Positions 38,001 through 53,000 of a DNA stretch of 64,000 bases are shown here, in pieces (the first letter of the stretch is position 1; each line of letters begins with the position of its first letter). The stretch lies in NCBI GenBank assembly GCA_964016885.1, contig OZ024741.1:246574001-246638000 (forward strand). The letters are read 5' to 3'. A model generated the notes under the pieces. That model was not told where the DNA came from. It did not search any database and saw only the letters and a list, made by a program, of their open reading frames with translations. A program made the translations under genes and the position numbers. The stretch comes from Eledone cirrhosa (lineage: Eukaryota).

Positions 38001-41000
38001 ACAAATTATCTCCACCTGATTTTTTAAAAAATTATCTCCCCTTGGAAGGCTGGAAATTATCTCCCCTTGGACGGCTGGAAATTATCTCCCCTTGGACGGC
38101 TAGAAATTATCTCTCCTTGGACGGCTGAAAATTATCTCCCCTTGGACGGCTGCAAATTATCTCCCCTTGATTTTTTTTACAAATTATCTCCCCCTGATTT
38201 TTTTTACAAATTATCTCCCCCTAATTTTTTTTACAAATTATCTACCCCTGATTTTTTTTACAAATTATCTCCCCCTGATTTTTTTTTACAAATTATCTCC
38301 CCCTGATTTTTTTTTACAAATTATCTCCCCCTGATTTTTTTTTTACAAATTATCTCCCCCTGATTTTTTTACAAATTATCTCCCCCTGATTTTTTTTACA
38401 ATCTCCGCCTGATTTTTTTAAAAATTATCTTCCCTTGGCTGGCGGGAAATTATCTCCCCTTGGACGGCTGGAAATTATCTCCCCTTGGAAGGATGGAAAT
38501 TATCTCCCCTTGGACGGCTGGAAATTATCTCCCCTTGCACGGCTGGAAATTATCTCCCCTTGGCTGGAAATTATCTCCCCTTGGACGGCTAGAAATTATC
38601 TCTCTTTGGACGGCTGGAAATTATCTCCCTTTGATTTTTTTTACAAATTATCTCCCTCTGATTTTTTTTACAAATCTCCCCCTGATTTTTTAAAAAAAAT
38701 TATCTCCCCTTCGCTGGCTGGAAATTATCTTCCCTTGGACGGCTGGAAATTATCTCCCCTTGATTTTTTTTACAAATTATCTCCGCCTGATTTTTTTTAA
38801 AAATTATCTCTCCTTGGACGGCTGGAAATTATCTCCCCTTGATTTTTTTTACAAATAATCTCCCCCTGATTTTTTTTTACAAATTATCTCCCCCTGATTT
38901 TTTTTTACAAATTATCTACCCCTGATTTTTTTTTACAAATTATCTCCCCCTGATTTTTTTTACAAATTATCTCCCCCTGATTTTTCTTTTACAAATTATC
39001 TCCCCCTGATTTTTTTACAAATTATCTCCCCCTGATTTTTTTTACAAATTGTCTCTGCCTGATTTTTTTAAATATTATCTTCCCGTGGCTGGCGGGAAAT
39101 TACCTCCCCTTGGACGGCTGGAAATTATCTGTCCTTGATTTTCTTTTTACAAATTATCTTCCACTGATTTTTTTTACAAATTATCTCCACCTGATTTTTT
39201 AAAAAATTATCTCCCCTTGGAAGGCTGGAAATTATCTCCCCTTGGCTGGAAATTATCTCCCCTTGGACGGCTAGAAATTATCTCTCTTTGGACGGCTGGA
39301 AATTATCACCCCTTGAGTTTTTTACAAATTATCTCCCCCTGATTTTTTTTACAAATCTCCCAGTGATTTTTAAAAAAAAATTATCTCCCCTTCGCTGGCT
39401 GGAAATTATCTCCCCTTGGACGCTGGAAATTATAGCCCCTTGGAGGGCTGGAAATTATCTTCCCTTGGACGGCTGGAAATTATCTCCCCTTGATTTTTTT
39501 TACAAATTATCTCCCCCTGATTTTTTTTTACAAATTATCTCCCCCTGATTTTTTTTACAACTTATCTGCGCCTGATTTTTTTAAAAAAATTATCTCCCCT
39601 CGGACGGCTGGAAATTATCTCTCCTTGGACGGCTAGAATTTACCTCTCCTTGGACGGCTGAAAATTATCTCCCCTTGGACGGCTGGAAATTATCTCCCCT
39701 TGGACGGCTGGAAATTATCTCCCCTTGGACGGCTGGAAATTATCTCCCCTTGGATGGCTAGATATTACCTCCCCTTGGACGGCTGGAAATTATCTCCCCT
39801 TGATTTTTTTTACAAATTATCTCCCCCTGATTTTTTTTTACAAATTATCTCCCCCTGATTTTTTTAAAAAAATTATCTCCCCCTGATTTTTGTTTACAAA
39901 TTATCTCCGCCTGATTTTTTTTAAAAAATTATCTCCCCTTGGACGGCTGGAAATTATCTCCCCTTGGACGGCTGGAAATTATATCTCCTTGGACGGCTAG
40001 AATTTACCTCTCCTTGGACGGCTGAAAATTATCTCCCCTTGGACGGCTGGAAATTATCTCCCCTTGATTTTTTTTACAAATTATCTCCCCCTGATTTTTT
40101 TTTACAAATTATCTCCCCCTGATTTTTTTTTACAAATTATCTCCCCCTGATTTTTTTTTACAAATTATCTCCCCCTGATTTTTTTACAAATTATCTCCCC
40201 TTGGCTGGCTGGAAATTATCTCCCCTTGGAGGCTGGAACTTATCTCCCCTTGGACGGCTAGAAATTACCTCTCCTTGGACGGCTGGAAAATATGTCTCCT
40301 TGGACGGCTGGATATTATCTCCCCTTGGACGGCTGGAAATTATCTCCCCTTGGACGGCTGGAAATTATCTCCCCTTGGATGGCTAGATATTACCTCCCCT
40401 TGGACGGCTGGAAATTATCTCCCCTTGATTTTTTTTACAAATTATCTCCCCCTGATTTTTTTTACAAATTATCTCCCCCTGATTTTTTTTTACAAATTAT
40501 CTCCCCCTGATTTTTGTTTACAAATTATCTCCGCCTGATTTTTTTTTTAAAATTATCTCCCCTTGGACGGCTGGAAATTATCTCCCCTTGGACGGCTAGA
40601 AATTACCTCTCCTTGGAAGGCTGAAAATTATCTCCCCTTGGACGGCTGGAAATTATCTCCCCTTGATTTTTTTACAAATTATCTCCCCCTGATTTTTTTT
40701 TTACAAATTATCTCCCCCTGATTTTTTTTTTACAAATTATCTCCCCCTAATTTTTTTTTACAAATTATCTCCCCCTGATTTTTTTTACAAATTATCTCCC
40801 CCCTGATTTTTTTACAAATTATCTCCCCTTGGCTGGCTGGAAATTATCTCCCCTTGGAGGCTGGAACTTATCTCCCCTTGGACGGCTAGAAATTACCTCT
40901 CCTTGGACGGCTGGAAAATATGTCTCCTTGGACGGCTGGATATTATCTCCCCTTGGACGGCTGGAAATTATCTCCCCTTGGACGGCTGGAAATTATCTCC

Positions 41001-44000
41001 CCTTGGATGGCTAGATATTACCTCCCCTTGGACGGCTGGAAATTATCTCCCCTTGATTTTTTTTACAAATTATCTCCCCCTAATTTTTTTTTACAAATTA
41101 TCTCCCCCTGATATTTTAAAAAAAATTATCTCCCCCTGATTTTTGTTTACAAATTATCTCCGCCTGATTTTTTTTAAAAAATTATCTCCCCTTGGACGGC
41201 TGGAAATTATCTCCCCTTGGACGGCTGGAAATTATATCTCCTTGGACGGCTAGAATTTACCTCTCCTTGGACGGCTGAAAATTATCTCCCCTTGATTTTT
41301 TTACAAATTATCTCCCCCTGATTTTTTTTTACAAATTATCTCCCTCTGATTTTTTTTTACAAATTATCTCCCCCTGATTTTTTTTTACAAATTATCTCCC
41401 CCTGATTTTTGTTTACAAATTATCTCCGCCTGATTTTTTTTTTAAAATTATCTCCCCTTGGACGGCTGGAAATTATCTCCCCTCGGACGGCTAGAAATTA
41501 CCTCTCCTTGGACGGCTGAAAATTATCTCCCCTTGGACGGCTGGAAATTATCTCCCCTTGATTTTTTTACAAATTATCTCCCCCTGATTTTTTTTTACAA
41601 ATTATCTCCCCCTGATTTTTTTTTAGAAATTATCTACCCCTGATTTTTTTTACAAATTATCTCCCCCTGATTTTTTTTTACAAATTATCTACCCCTGATT
41701 TTTTTTACAAATTATCTCCCCCTGATTTTTTTTACAAATTATCTCCCCCTGATTTTTTTTTTACAAATTATCTCCCCCTGATTTTTTTACAAATTATCTC
41801 CCCCTGATTTTTTTTACAAATTATCTCCGCCGGATTTTTTTAAATATTATCTTCCCTTGGCTTGCGGGAAATTATCTCCCCTTGGACGGCTGAAAATTAT
41901 CTCCCCTTGGACGGCTGGAAATTATCTCCCCTTGATTTTTTTTACAAATTATCTCCCCCTGATTTTTTTTTACAAATTATCTCCCCCTGATTTTTTTTAC
42001 AAATTATCTCCCCCTGATTTTTTTTTACAAATTATCTCCCCCTGATTTTTTTTACAAATTATCTCCCCCTGATTTTTTTTACAAATTATCTCCCCCTGAT
42101 TTTTTTTTACAAATTATCTCCCCCTGATTTTTTTACAAATTATCTCCCCCTGATTTTTTTTACAAATTATCTCCGCCTGATTTTTTAAAATATTATCTCC
42201 CCTTGGACGGCTGGAAATTATCTCCCCTTGATTTTTTTTACAAATTATCTCCCCCTGATTTTTTTTTACAAATTATCTCCCCCTGATTTTTTTACAAATT
42301 ATCTCCCCTTGGCTGGCTGGAAATTACCTCCCCTTGTAGGCTGGAATTTATCTCCCCTTGGACGGCTAGAAATTACCTCTCCTTGGACGGCTGGAAAATA
42401 TGTCTCCTTGGACGGCTGGATATTATCTCCCCTTGGATGGCTGGAAATTATCTCCCCTTGGACGGCTGGAAATTATCTCCCCTTGATTTTTTTTACAAAT
42501 TATCTCCTCCTGATTTTTTTTACAAATCTCCCAATGATTTTTTAAAAAAAATTATCTCCCCTTCGCTGGCTGGAAATTATCTCCCCTTGGACGCTGGAAA
42601 TTATAGCCCCTTGGAGGGCTGGAAATTATCTTCCCTTGGACGGCTGGAAATTATCTCCCCTTGATTTTTTTTACAAATTATCTCCCCCTGATTTTTTTTT
42701 ACAAATTATCTCCCCCTGATTTTTTTTTACAAATTATCTCCCCCTGATTTTTTATTTACAAATTATCTCCGCCTGATTTTTTTTTAAAAATTACCTCCCC
42801 TTGGACGGCTGGAAATTATCTCCCCTTGGACGGCTGGAAATTATCTCCCCTTGGACGGCTAGAAATTATCTCTCCTTGGACGGCTGAAAATTATCTCCCC
42901 TTGGACGGCTGCAAATTATCTCCCCTTGATTTTTTTTACAAATTATCTCCCCCTGATTTTTTTTACAAATTATCTCCCCCTGATTTTTTTTACAAATTAT
43001 CTACCCCTGATTTTTTTTACAAATTATCTCCCCCTGATTTTTTTTTACAAATTATCTCCCCCTGATTTTTTTTACAAATTATCTCCGCCTGATTTTTTTA
43101 AATATTATCTTCCCTTGGCTGGCGGGAAATTATCTCCCCTTGGACGGCTGGAAATTATCTGCCCTTGATTTTTTTTACAAATTATCTCCCCCTGATTTTT
43201 TTTTTACAAATTATCTCCCCCTAATTTTTTTTTACAAATTATCTCCCCCTGATTTTTTTTACAAATTATCTCCCCCCTGATTTTTTTACAAATTATCTCC
43301 CCTTGGCTGGCTGGAAATTATCTCCCCTTGGAGGCTGGAACTTATCTCCCCTTGGACGGCTAGATATTACCTCCCCTTGGACGGCTGGAAATTATCTCCC
43401 CTTGGACGGCTGGAAATTATCTCCCCTTGGATGGCTAGATATTACCTCCCCTTGGACGGCTGGAAATTATCTCCCCTTGATTTTGTTTACAAATTATCTC
43501 CCCCTGATTTTTTTTTACAAATTATCTCCCCCTGATTTTTTTTTACAAATTATCTCCCCCTGATTTTTGTTTACAAATTATCTCCGCCTGATTTTTTTTT
43601 TAAAATTATCTCCCCTTGGACGGCTGGAAATTATCTCCCCTCGGACGGCTAGAAATTACCTCTCCTTGGACGGCTGAAAATTATCTCCCCTTGGACGGCT
43701 GGAAATTATCTCCCCTTGATTTTTTTACAAATTATCTCCCCCTGATTTTTTTTTTACAAATTATCTCCCCCTGATTTTTTTTTAGAAATTATCTACCCCT
43801 GATTTGTTTTTACAAATTATCTCCCCCTGATTTTTTTTTACAAATTATCTACCCCTGATTTTTTTTACAAATTATCTCCCCCTGATTTTTTTTACAAATT
43901 ATCTCCCCCTGATTTTTTTTTTACAAATTATCTCCCCCTGATTTTTTTACAAATTATCTCCCCCTGATCTTTTTTACAAATTATCTCCGCCGGATTTTTT

Positions 44001-47000
44001 TAAATATTATCTTCCCTTGGCTTGCGGGAAATTATCTCCCCTTGGACGGCTGAAAATTATCTCCCCTTGGACGGCTGGAAATTATCTCCCCTTGATTTTT
44101 TTTACAAATTATCTCCCCCTGATTTTTTTTTACAAATTATCTTCCCCTGATTTTTTTTACAGATTATCTCCCCCTGATTTTTTTTTACAAATTATCTCCC
44201 CCTGATTTTTTTTACAAATTATCTCCCCCTGATTTTTTTTTACAAATTATCTCCCCCTGATTTTTTTACAAATTATCTCCCCCTGATTTTTTTTACAAAT
44301 TATCTCCGCCTGATTTTTTAAAATATTATCTCCCCTTGGACGGCTGGAAATTATCTGCCCTTGATTTTCTTTTTACAAATTAACTTCCACTGATTTTTTT
44401 TACAAATTATCTCCACCTGATTTTTTTAAAAATTATCTCCCCTTGGAAGGCTGGAAATTATCTCCCCTTGGCTGGAAATTATCTCCCCTTGGACGGCTAG
44501 AAATTATCTCTCTTTGGACGGCTGGAAATTATCACCCCTTGAGTTTTTTACAAATTATCTCCCCCTGATTTTTTTTACAAATCTCCCAGTGATTTTTAAA
44601 AAAAAATTATCTTCCCTTCGCTGGCTGGAAATTATCTCCCCTTGGACGCTGGAAATTATAGCCGCTTGATTTTTTTTACAAATTATCTCCCCCTGATTTT
44701 TTTTTACAAATTATCTCCCCCTGATTTTTTTTAAAAAATTATCTCCCCTTGGACGGCTGGAAATTATCTCTCCTTGGACGGCTAGAATTTACCTCTCCTT
44801 GGACGGCTGAAAATTATCTCCTCTTGGACGGCTGGAAATTATCTCCCCTTGATTTTTTTTACAAATTATCTCCCCCTGATTTTTTTTTACAAATTATCTC
44901 CCCCTGATTTTTTTTTACAAATTATCTCCCCCTGATTTTTTTTACAAATTATCTCCCCCTGATTTTTTTACAAATTATCTCCCCTTGGCTGGCTGGAAAT
45001 TATCTCCCCTTGGACGGCAGGAAATTATCTCCCCTTGGATGGCTAGATATTACCTCCCCTTGGACGGCTGGAAATTATCTCCCCTTGATTTTTTTTACAA
45101 ATTATCTGCCCCTGATTTTTTTTTACAAATTATCTCCCCCTGATTTTTTTTTACAAATTATCTCCCCCTGATTTTTTTTTTAAAATTATCTCCCCTTGGA
45201 CGGCTGGAAATTATCTCCCCTTGGACGGCTAGAAATTACCTCTCCTTGGACGGCTGAAAATTATCTCCCCTTGGACGGCTGGAAATTATCTCCCCTTGAT
45301 TTTTTTACAAATTATTTCCCCCTGATTTTTTTTTACAAATTATCTCCCCCTGATTTTTTTTTACAAATTATCTATCCCTGATTTTTTTTTACAAATTATC
45401 TCCCCCTGATTTTTTTTTACAAATTATCTACCCCTGATTTTTTTTTACAAATTATCTCCCCCTGATTTTTTTTACAAATTATCTCCCCCTGATTTTTTTT
45501 TTTACAAATTATCTCCCCCTGATTTTTTTACAAATTATCTCCCCCTGATTTTTTTTACAAATTATCTCCGCCGGATTTTTTTAAATATTATCTTCCCTTG
45601 GCTGGCGGGAAATTATCTCCCCTTGGACGGCTGAAAATTATCTCCCCTTGGACGGCTGGAAATTATCTCCCCTTGGAAGGATGGAAATTATCTCCCCTTG
45701 CACGGCTGGAAATTATCTCCCCTTGGCTGGAAATTATCTCCCCTTGGACGGCTAGAAATTATCTCTCTTTGGACGGCTGGAAATTATCTCCCTTTGATTT
45801 TTTTTACAAATTATCTCCCTCTGATTTTTTTTACAAATCTCCCCCTGATTTTTTTAAAAAAATTATCTCCCCTTCGCTGGCTGGAAATTATCTTCCCTTG
45901 GACGGCTGGAAATTATCTCCCCTTGATTTTTTTTACAAATTATCTCCGCCTGATTTTTTTTTAAAATTATCTCTCCTTGGACGGCTGGAAATTATCTCCC
46001 CTTGATTTTTTTTACAAATAATCTCCCCCTGATTTTTTTTTACAAATTATCTCCCCCTGATTTTTTTTTACAAATTATCTACCCCTGATTTTTTTTTACA
46101 AATTATCTCCCCCTGATTTTTTTTACAAATTATCTCCCCCTGATTTTTCTTTTACAAATTATCTCCCCCTGATTTTTTTACAAATTATCTCCCCCTGATT
46201 TTTTTTACAAATTGTCTCTGCCTGATTTTTTTAAATATTATCTTCCCGTGGCTGGCTGGAAATTATCTCCCCTTGGACGCTGGAAATTATAGCCCCTTGA
46301 TTTTTTTTACAAATTATCTCCCCCTGATTTTTTTTTACAAATTATCTCCCCCTGATTTTTTTTTACAACTTATCTGCGCCTGATTTTTTTTAAAAAATTA
46401 TCTCCCCTTGGACGGCTGGAAATTATCTCCCCTTGGACGGCTGGAAATTATCTCTCCTTGGACGGCTAGAATTTACCTCTCCTTGGACGGCTGAAAATTA
46501 TCTCCCCTTGGACGGCTGGAAATTATCTCCCCTTGATTTTTTTTACAAATTATCTCCCCCTGATTTTTATTTACAAATTATCTCCCCCTGATTTTTTTTT
46601 ACAAATTATCTCCCCCTGATTTTTTTTACAAATTATCTCCCCCTGATTTTTTTACAAATTATCTCCCCTTGGCTGGCTGGAAATTATCTCCCCTTGGACG
46701 GCAGGAAATTATCTCCCCTTGGATGGCTAGATATTACCTCCCCTTGGACGGCTGGAAATTATCTCCCCTTGATTTTTTTTACAAATTATCTGCCCCTGAT
46801 TTTTTTTTACAAATTATCTCCCCCTGATTTTTTTTTACAAATTATCTCCCCCTGATTTTTTTTTTAAAATTATCTCCCCTTGGACGGCTGGAAATTATCT
46901 CCCCTTGGACGGCTAGAAATTACCTCTCCTTGGACGGCTGAAAATTATCTCCCCTTGGACGGCTGGAAATTATCTCCCCTTGATTTTTTTACAAATTATT

Positions 47001-50000
47001 TCCCCCTGATTTTTTTTTACAAATTATCTCCCCCTGATTTTTTTTTACAAATTATCTACCCCTGATTTTTTTTTACAAATTATCTCCCCCTGATTTTTTT
47101 TTACAAATTATCTACCCCTGATTTTTTTTACAAATTATCTCCCCCTGATTTTTTTTACAAATTATCTCCCCCTGATTTTTTTTTTTACAAATTATCTCCC
47201 CCTGATTTTTTTACAAATTATCTCCCCCTGATTTTTTTTACAAATTATCTCCGCCGGATTTTTTTAAATATTATCTTCCCTTGGCTGGCGGGAAATTATC
47301 TCCCCTTGGACGGCTGAAAATTATCTCCCCTTGGACGGCTGGAAATTATCTCCCCTTGGAAGGATGGAAATTATCTCCCCTTGCACGGCTGGAAATTATC
47401 TCCCCTTGGCTGGAAATTATCTCCCCTTGGACGGCTAGAAATTATCTCTCTTTGGACGGCTGGAAATTATCTCCCTTTGATTTTTTTTACAAATTATCTC
47501 CCTCTGATTTTTTTTACAAATCTCCCCCTGATTTTTTTAAAAAAATTATCTCCCCTTCGCTGGCTGGAAATTATCTTCCCTTGGACGGCTGGAAATTATC
47601 TCCCCTTGATTTTTTTTACAAATTATCTCCGCCTGATTTTTTTTAAAAATTATCTCTCCTTGGACGGCTGGAAATTATCTCCCCTTGATTTTTTTTACAA
47701 ATAATCTCCCCCTGATTTTTTTTTACAAATTATCTCCCCCTGATTTTTTTTTACAAATTATCTACCCCTGATTTTTTTTTACAAATTATCTCCCCCTGAT
47801 TTTTTTTACAAATTATCTCCCCCTGATTTTTCTTTTACAAATTATCTCCCCCTGATTTTTTTACAAATTATCTCCCCCTGATTTTTTTTACAAATTGTCT
47901 CTGCCTGATTTTTTTAAATATTATCTTCCCGTGGCTGGCGGGAAATTACCTCCCCTTGGACGGCTGGAAATTATCTGTCCTTGATTTTCTTTTTACAAAT
48001 TATCTTCCACTGATTTTTTTTACAAATTATCTCCACCTGATTTTTTAAAAAATTATCTCCCCTTGGAAGGCTGGAAATTATCTCCCCTTGGCTGGAAATT
48101 ATCTCCCCTTGGACGGCTAGAAATTATCTCTCTTTGGACGGCTGGAAATTATCACCCCTTGAGTTTTTTACAAATTATCTCCCCCTGATTTTTTTTACAA
48201 ATCTCCCAGTGATTTTTAAAAAAAAATTATCTCCCCTTCGCTGGCTGGAAATTATCTCCCCTTGGACGCTGGAAATTATAGCCCCTTGGAGGGCTGGAAA
48301 TTATCTTCCCTTGGACGGCTGGAAATTATCTCCCCTTGATTTTTTTTACAAATTATCTCCCCCTGATTTTTTTTTACAAATTATCTCCCCCTGATTTTTT
48401 TTTACAACTTATCTGCGCCTGATTTTTTTAAAAAAATTATCTCCCCTCGGACGGCTGGAAATTATCTCTCCTTGGACGGCTAGAATTTACCTCTCCTTGG
48501 ACGGCTGAAAATTATCTCCCCTTGGACGGCTGGAAATTATCTCCCCTTGATTTTTTTTACAAATTATCTCCCCCTGATTTTTGTTTACAAATTATCTCCG
48601 CCTGATTTTTTTTTAAAAATTATCTCCCCTTGGACGGCTGGAAATTATCTCCCCTTGGACGGCTGGAAATTATATCTCCTTGGACGGCTAGAATTTACCT
48701 CTCCTTGGACGGCTGAAAATTATCTCCCCTTGGACGGCTGGAAATTATCTCCCCTTGATTTTTTTTACAAATTATCTCCCCCTGATTTTTTTTTACAAAT
48801 TATCTCCCCCTGATTTTTTTTTTACAAATTATCTCCCCCTGATTTTTTTTTACAAATTATATCCCCCTGATTTTTTTACAAATTATCTCCCCTTGGCTGG
48901 CTGGAAATTATCTCCCCTTGGAGGCTGGAACTTATCTCCCCTTGGACGGCTAGAAATTACCTCTCCTTGGACGGCTGGAAAATATGTCTCCTTGGACGGC
49001 TGGATATTATCTCCCCTTGGACGGCTGGAAATTATCTCCCCTTGGACGGCTGGAAATTATCTCCCCTTGGATGGCTAGATATTACCTCCCCTTGGACGGC
49101 TGGAAATTATCTCCCCTTGATTTTTTTTACAAATTATCTCCCCCTGATTTTTTTTTACAAATTATCTCCCCCTGATTTTTTTTTACAAATTATCTCCCCC
49201 TGATTTTTGTTTACAAATTATCTCCGCCTGATTTTTTTTTTTAAATTATCTCCCCTTGGACGGCTGGAAATTATCTCCCCTTGATTTTTTTACAAATTAT
49301 CTCCCCCTGATTTTTTTTTTACAAATTATCTCCCCCTGATTTTTTTTTTACAAATTATCTCCCCCTAATTTTTTTTTACAAATTATCTCCCCCTGATTTT
49401 TTTTACAAATTATCTCCCCCCTGACTTTTTTACAAATTATCTCCCCTTGGCTGGCTGGAAATTATCTCCCCTTGGAGGCTGGAACTTATCTCCCCTTGGA
49501 CGGCTAGAAATTACCTCTCCTTGGACGGCTGGAAAATATGTCTCCTTGGACGGCTGGATATTATCTCCCCTTGGACGGCTGGAAATTATCTCCCCTTGGA
49601 CGGCTGGAAATTATCTCCCCTTGGATGGCTAGATATTACCTCCCCTTGGACGGCTGGAAATTATCTCCCCTTGATTTTTTTTACAAATTATCTCCCCCTA
49701 ATTTTTTTTTACAAATTATCTCCCCCTGATTTTTTTAAAAAAATTATCTCCCCCTGATTTTTGTTTACAAATTATCTCCGCCTGATTTTTTTTAAAAAAT
49801 TATCTCCCCTTGGACGGCTGGAAATTATCTCCCCTTGGACGGCTGGAAATTATATCTCCTTGGACGGCTAGAATTTACCTCTCCTTGGACGGCTGAAAAT
49901 TATCTCCCCTTGGACGGCTGGAAATTATCTCCCCTTGATTTTTTTACAAATTATCTCCCCCTGATTTTTTTTTACAAATTATCTCCCTCTGATTTTTTTT

Positions 50001-53000
50001 TACAAATTATCTCCCCCTGATTTTTTTTTACAAATTATCTCCCCCTGATTTTTTTACAAATTATCTCACCTTGGCTGGCTGGAAATTATCTCCCCTTGGA
50101 GGCTGGAACTTATCTCCCCTTGGACGGCTAGAAATTACCTCTCCTTGGACGGCTGGAAAATATGTCTCCTTGGACGGCTGGATATTATCTCCCCTTGGAC
50201 GGCTGGAAATTATCTCCCCTTGGACGGCTGGAAATTATCTCCCCTTGGATGGCTAGATATTACCTCCCCTTGGACGGCTGGAAATTATCTCCCCTTGATT
50301 TTGTTTACAAATTATCTCCCCCTGATTTTTTTTTACAAATTATCTCCCCCTGATTTTTTTTTACAAATTATCTCCCCCTGATTTTTGTTTACAAATTATC
50401 TCCGCCTGATTTTTTTTTTAAAATTATCTCCCCTTGGACGGCTGGAAATTATCTCCCCTCGGACGGCTAGAAATTACCTCTCCTTGGACGGCTGAAAATG
50501 ATCTCCCCTTGGACGGCTGGAAATTATCTCCCCTTGATTTTTTTACAAATTATCTCCCCCTGATTTTTTTTTACAAATAATCTCCCCCTGATTTTTTTTT
50601 AGAAATTATCTACCCCTGATTTTTTTTTACAAATTATCTCCCCCTGATTTTTTTTTACAAATTATCTACCCCTGATTTTTTTTACAAATTATCTCCCCCT
50701 GATTTTTTTTACAAATTATCTCCCCCTGATTTTTTTTTTACAAATTATCTCCCCCTGATTTTTTTACAAATTATCTCCCCCTGATTTTTTTTACAAATTA
50801 TCTCCGCCGGATTTTTTTAAATATTATCTTCCCTTGGCTTGCGGGAAATTATCTCCCCTTGGACGGCTGAAAATTATCTCCCCTTGGACGGCTGGAAATT
50901 ATCTCCCCTTGATTTTTTTTACAAATTATCTCCCCCTGATTTTTTTTTACAAATTATCTCCCCCTGATTTTTTTTACAAATTATCTCCCCCTGATTTTTT
51001 TTTACAAATTATCTCCCCCTGATTTTTTTTACAAATTATCTCCCCCTGATTTTTTTTACAAATTATCTCCCCCTGATTTTTTTTTACAAATTATCTCCCC
51101 CTGATTTTTTTACAAATTATCTCCCCCTGATTTTTTTTACAAATTATCTCCGCCTGATTTTTTTAAATATTATCTCCCCTTGGACGGCTGGAAATTATCT
51201 GCCCTTGATTTTCTTTTTACAAATTAACTTCCACTGATTTTTTTTACAAATTATCTCCACCTGATTTTTTTAAAAATTATCTCCCCTTGGAAGTCTGGAA
51301 ATTATCTCCCCTTGGCTGGAAATTATCTCCCCTTGGACGGCTAGAAATTATCTCTCTTTGGACGGCTGGAAATTATCACCCCTTGAGTTTTTTACAAATT
51401 ATCTCCCCCTGATTTTTTTTACAAATCTCCCAGTGATTTTAAAAAAAAAATTATCTTCCCTTCGCTGGCTGGAAACTATCTCCCCTTGGACGCTGGAAAT
51501 TATAGCCCCTTGGAGGGCTGGAAATTATCTTCCCTTGGACGGCTGGAAATTATCTCCCCTTGATTTTTTTTACAAATTATCTCCCCCTGATTTTTTTTTA
51601 CAAATTATCTCCCCCTGATTTTTTTTTACAACTTATCTGCGCCTGATTTTTTTAAAAAAATTATCTCCCCTTGGACGGCTGGAAATTATCTCCCCTTGGA
51701 CGGCTGGAAATTATCTCTCCTTGGACGGCTAGAATTTACCTCTCCTTGGACGGCTGAAAATTATCTCCCCTTGGACGGCTGGAAATTATCTCCCCTTGAT
51801 TTTTTTTACAAATTATCTCCCCCTGATTTTTTTTTACAAATTATCTCCCCCTGATTTTTTTTTACAAATTATCTCCCCCTGATTTTTTTTACAAATTATC
51901 TCCCCCTGATTTTTTTACAAATTATCTCCCCTTGGCTGGCTGGAAATTATCTCCCCTTGGAGGCTGGAACTTATCTCCCCTTGGACGGCTAGAAATTACC
52001 TCTCCTTGGACGGCTGGAAAATATGTCTCCTTGGACGGCTGGATATTATCTCACCTTGGACGGCTAGAAATTATCTCCCCTTGGACGGCAGGAAATTATC
52101 TCCCCTTGGATGGCTAGATATTACCTCCCCTTGGACGGCTGGAAATTATCTCCCCTTGATTTTTTTTACAAATTATCTGCCCCTGATTTTTTTTTACAAA
52201 TTATCTCCCCCTGATTTTTTTTTGCAAATTATCTCCCCCTGATTTTTTTTTTAAAATTATCTCCCCTTGGACGGCTGGAAATTATCTCCCCTTGGACGGC
52301 TAGAAATTACCTCTCCTTGGACGGCTGAAAATTATCTCCCCTTGGACGGCTGGAAATTATCTCCCCTTGATTTTTTTACAAATTATTTCCGCCTGATTTT
52401 TTTTACAAATTATCTCCCCCTGATTTTTTTTTACAAATTATCTACCCCTGATTTTTTTTTACAAATTATCTACCCCTGATTTTTTTTAAAAATTATCTCC
52501 CCCTGATTTTTTTTACAAATTATCTCCCCCTGATTTTTTTTTTTACAAATTATCTCCCCCTGATTTTTTTACAAATTATCTCCCCCTGATTTTTTTTACA
52601 AATTATCTCCGCCGGATTTTTTTAAATATTATCTTCCCTTGGCTGGCGGGAAATTATCTCCCCTTGGACGGCTGAAAATTATCTCCCCTTGGACGGCTGG
52701 AAATTATCTCCCCTTGATTTTTTTTACAAATTATCTCCCCCTGACTTTTTTTTACAAATTATCTCCCCCTGATTTTTTTTACAAATTATCTCCCCCTGAT
52801 TTTTTTACAAATTATCTCCACTTGGCTGGCTGGAAATTACCTCCCCTTGTAGGCTGGAATTTATCTCCCCTTGGACGGCTAGAAATTACCTCTACTTGGA
52901 CGGCTGGAAAATATGTCTCCTTGGACGGCTGGATATTATCTCCCCTTGGACGGCTGGAAATTATCTCCCCTTGGACGGCTGGAAATTATCTCCCCTTGGA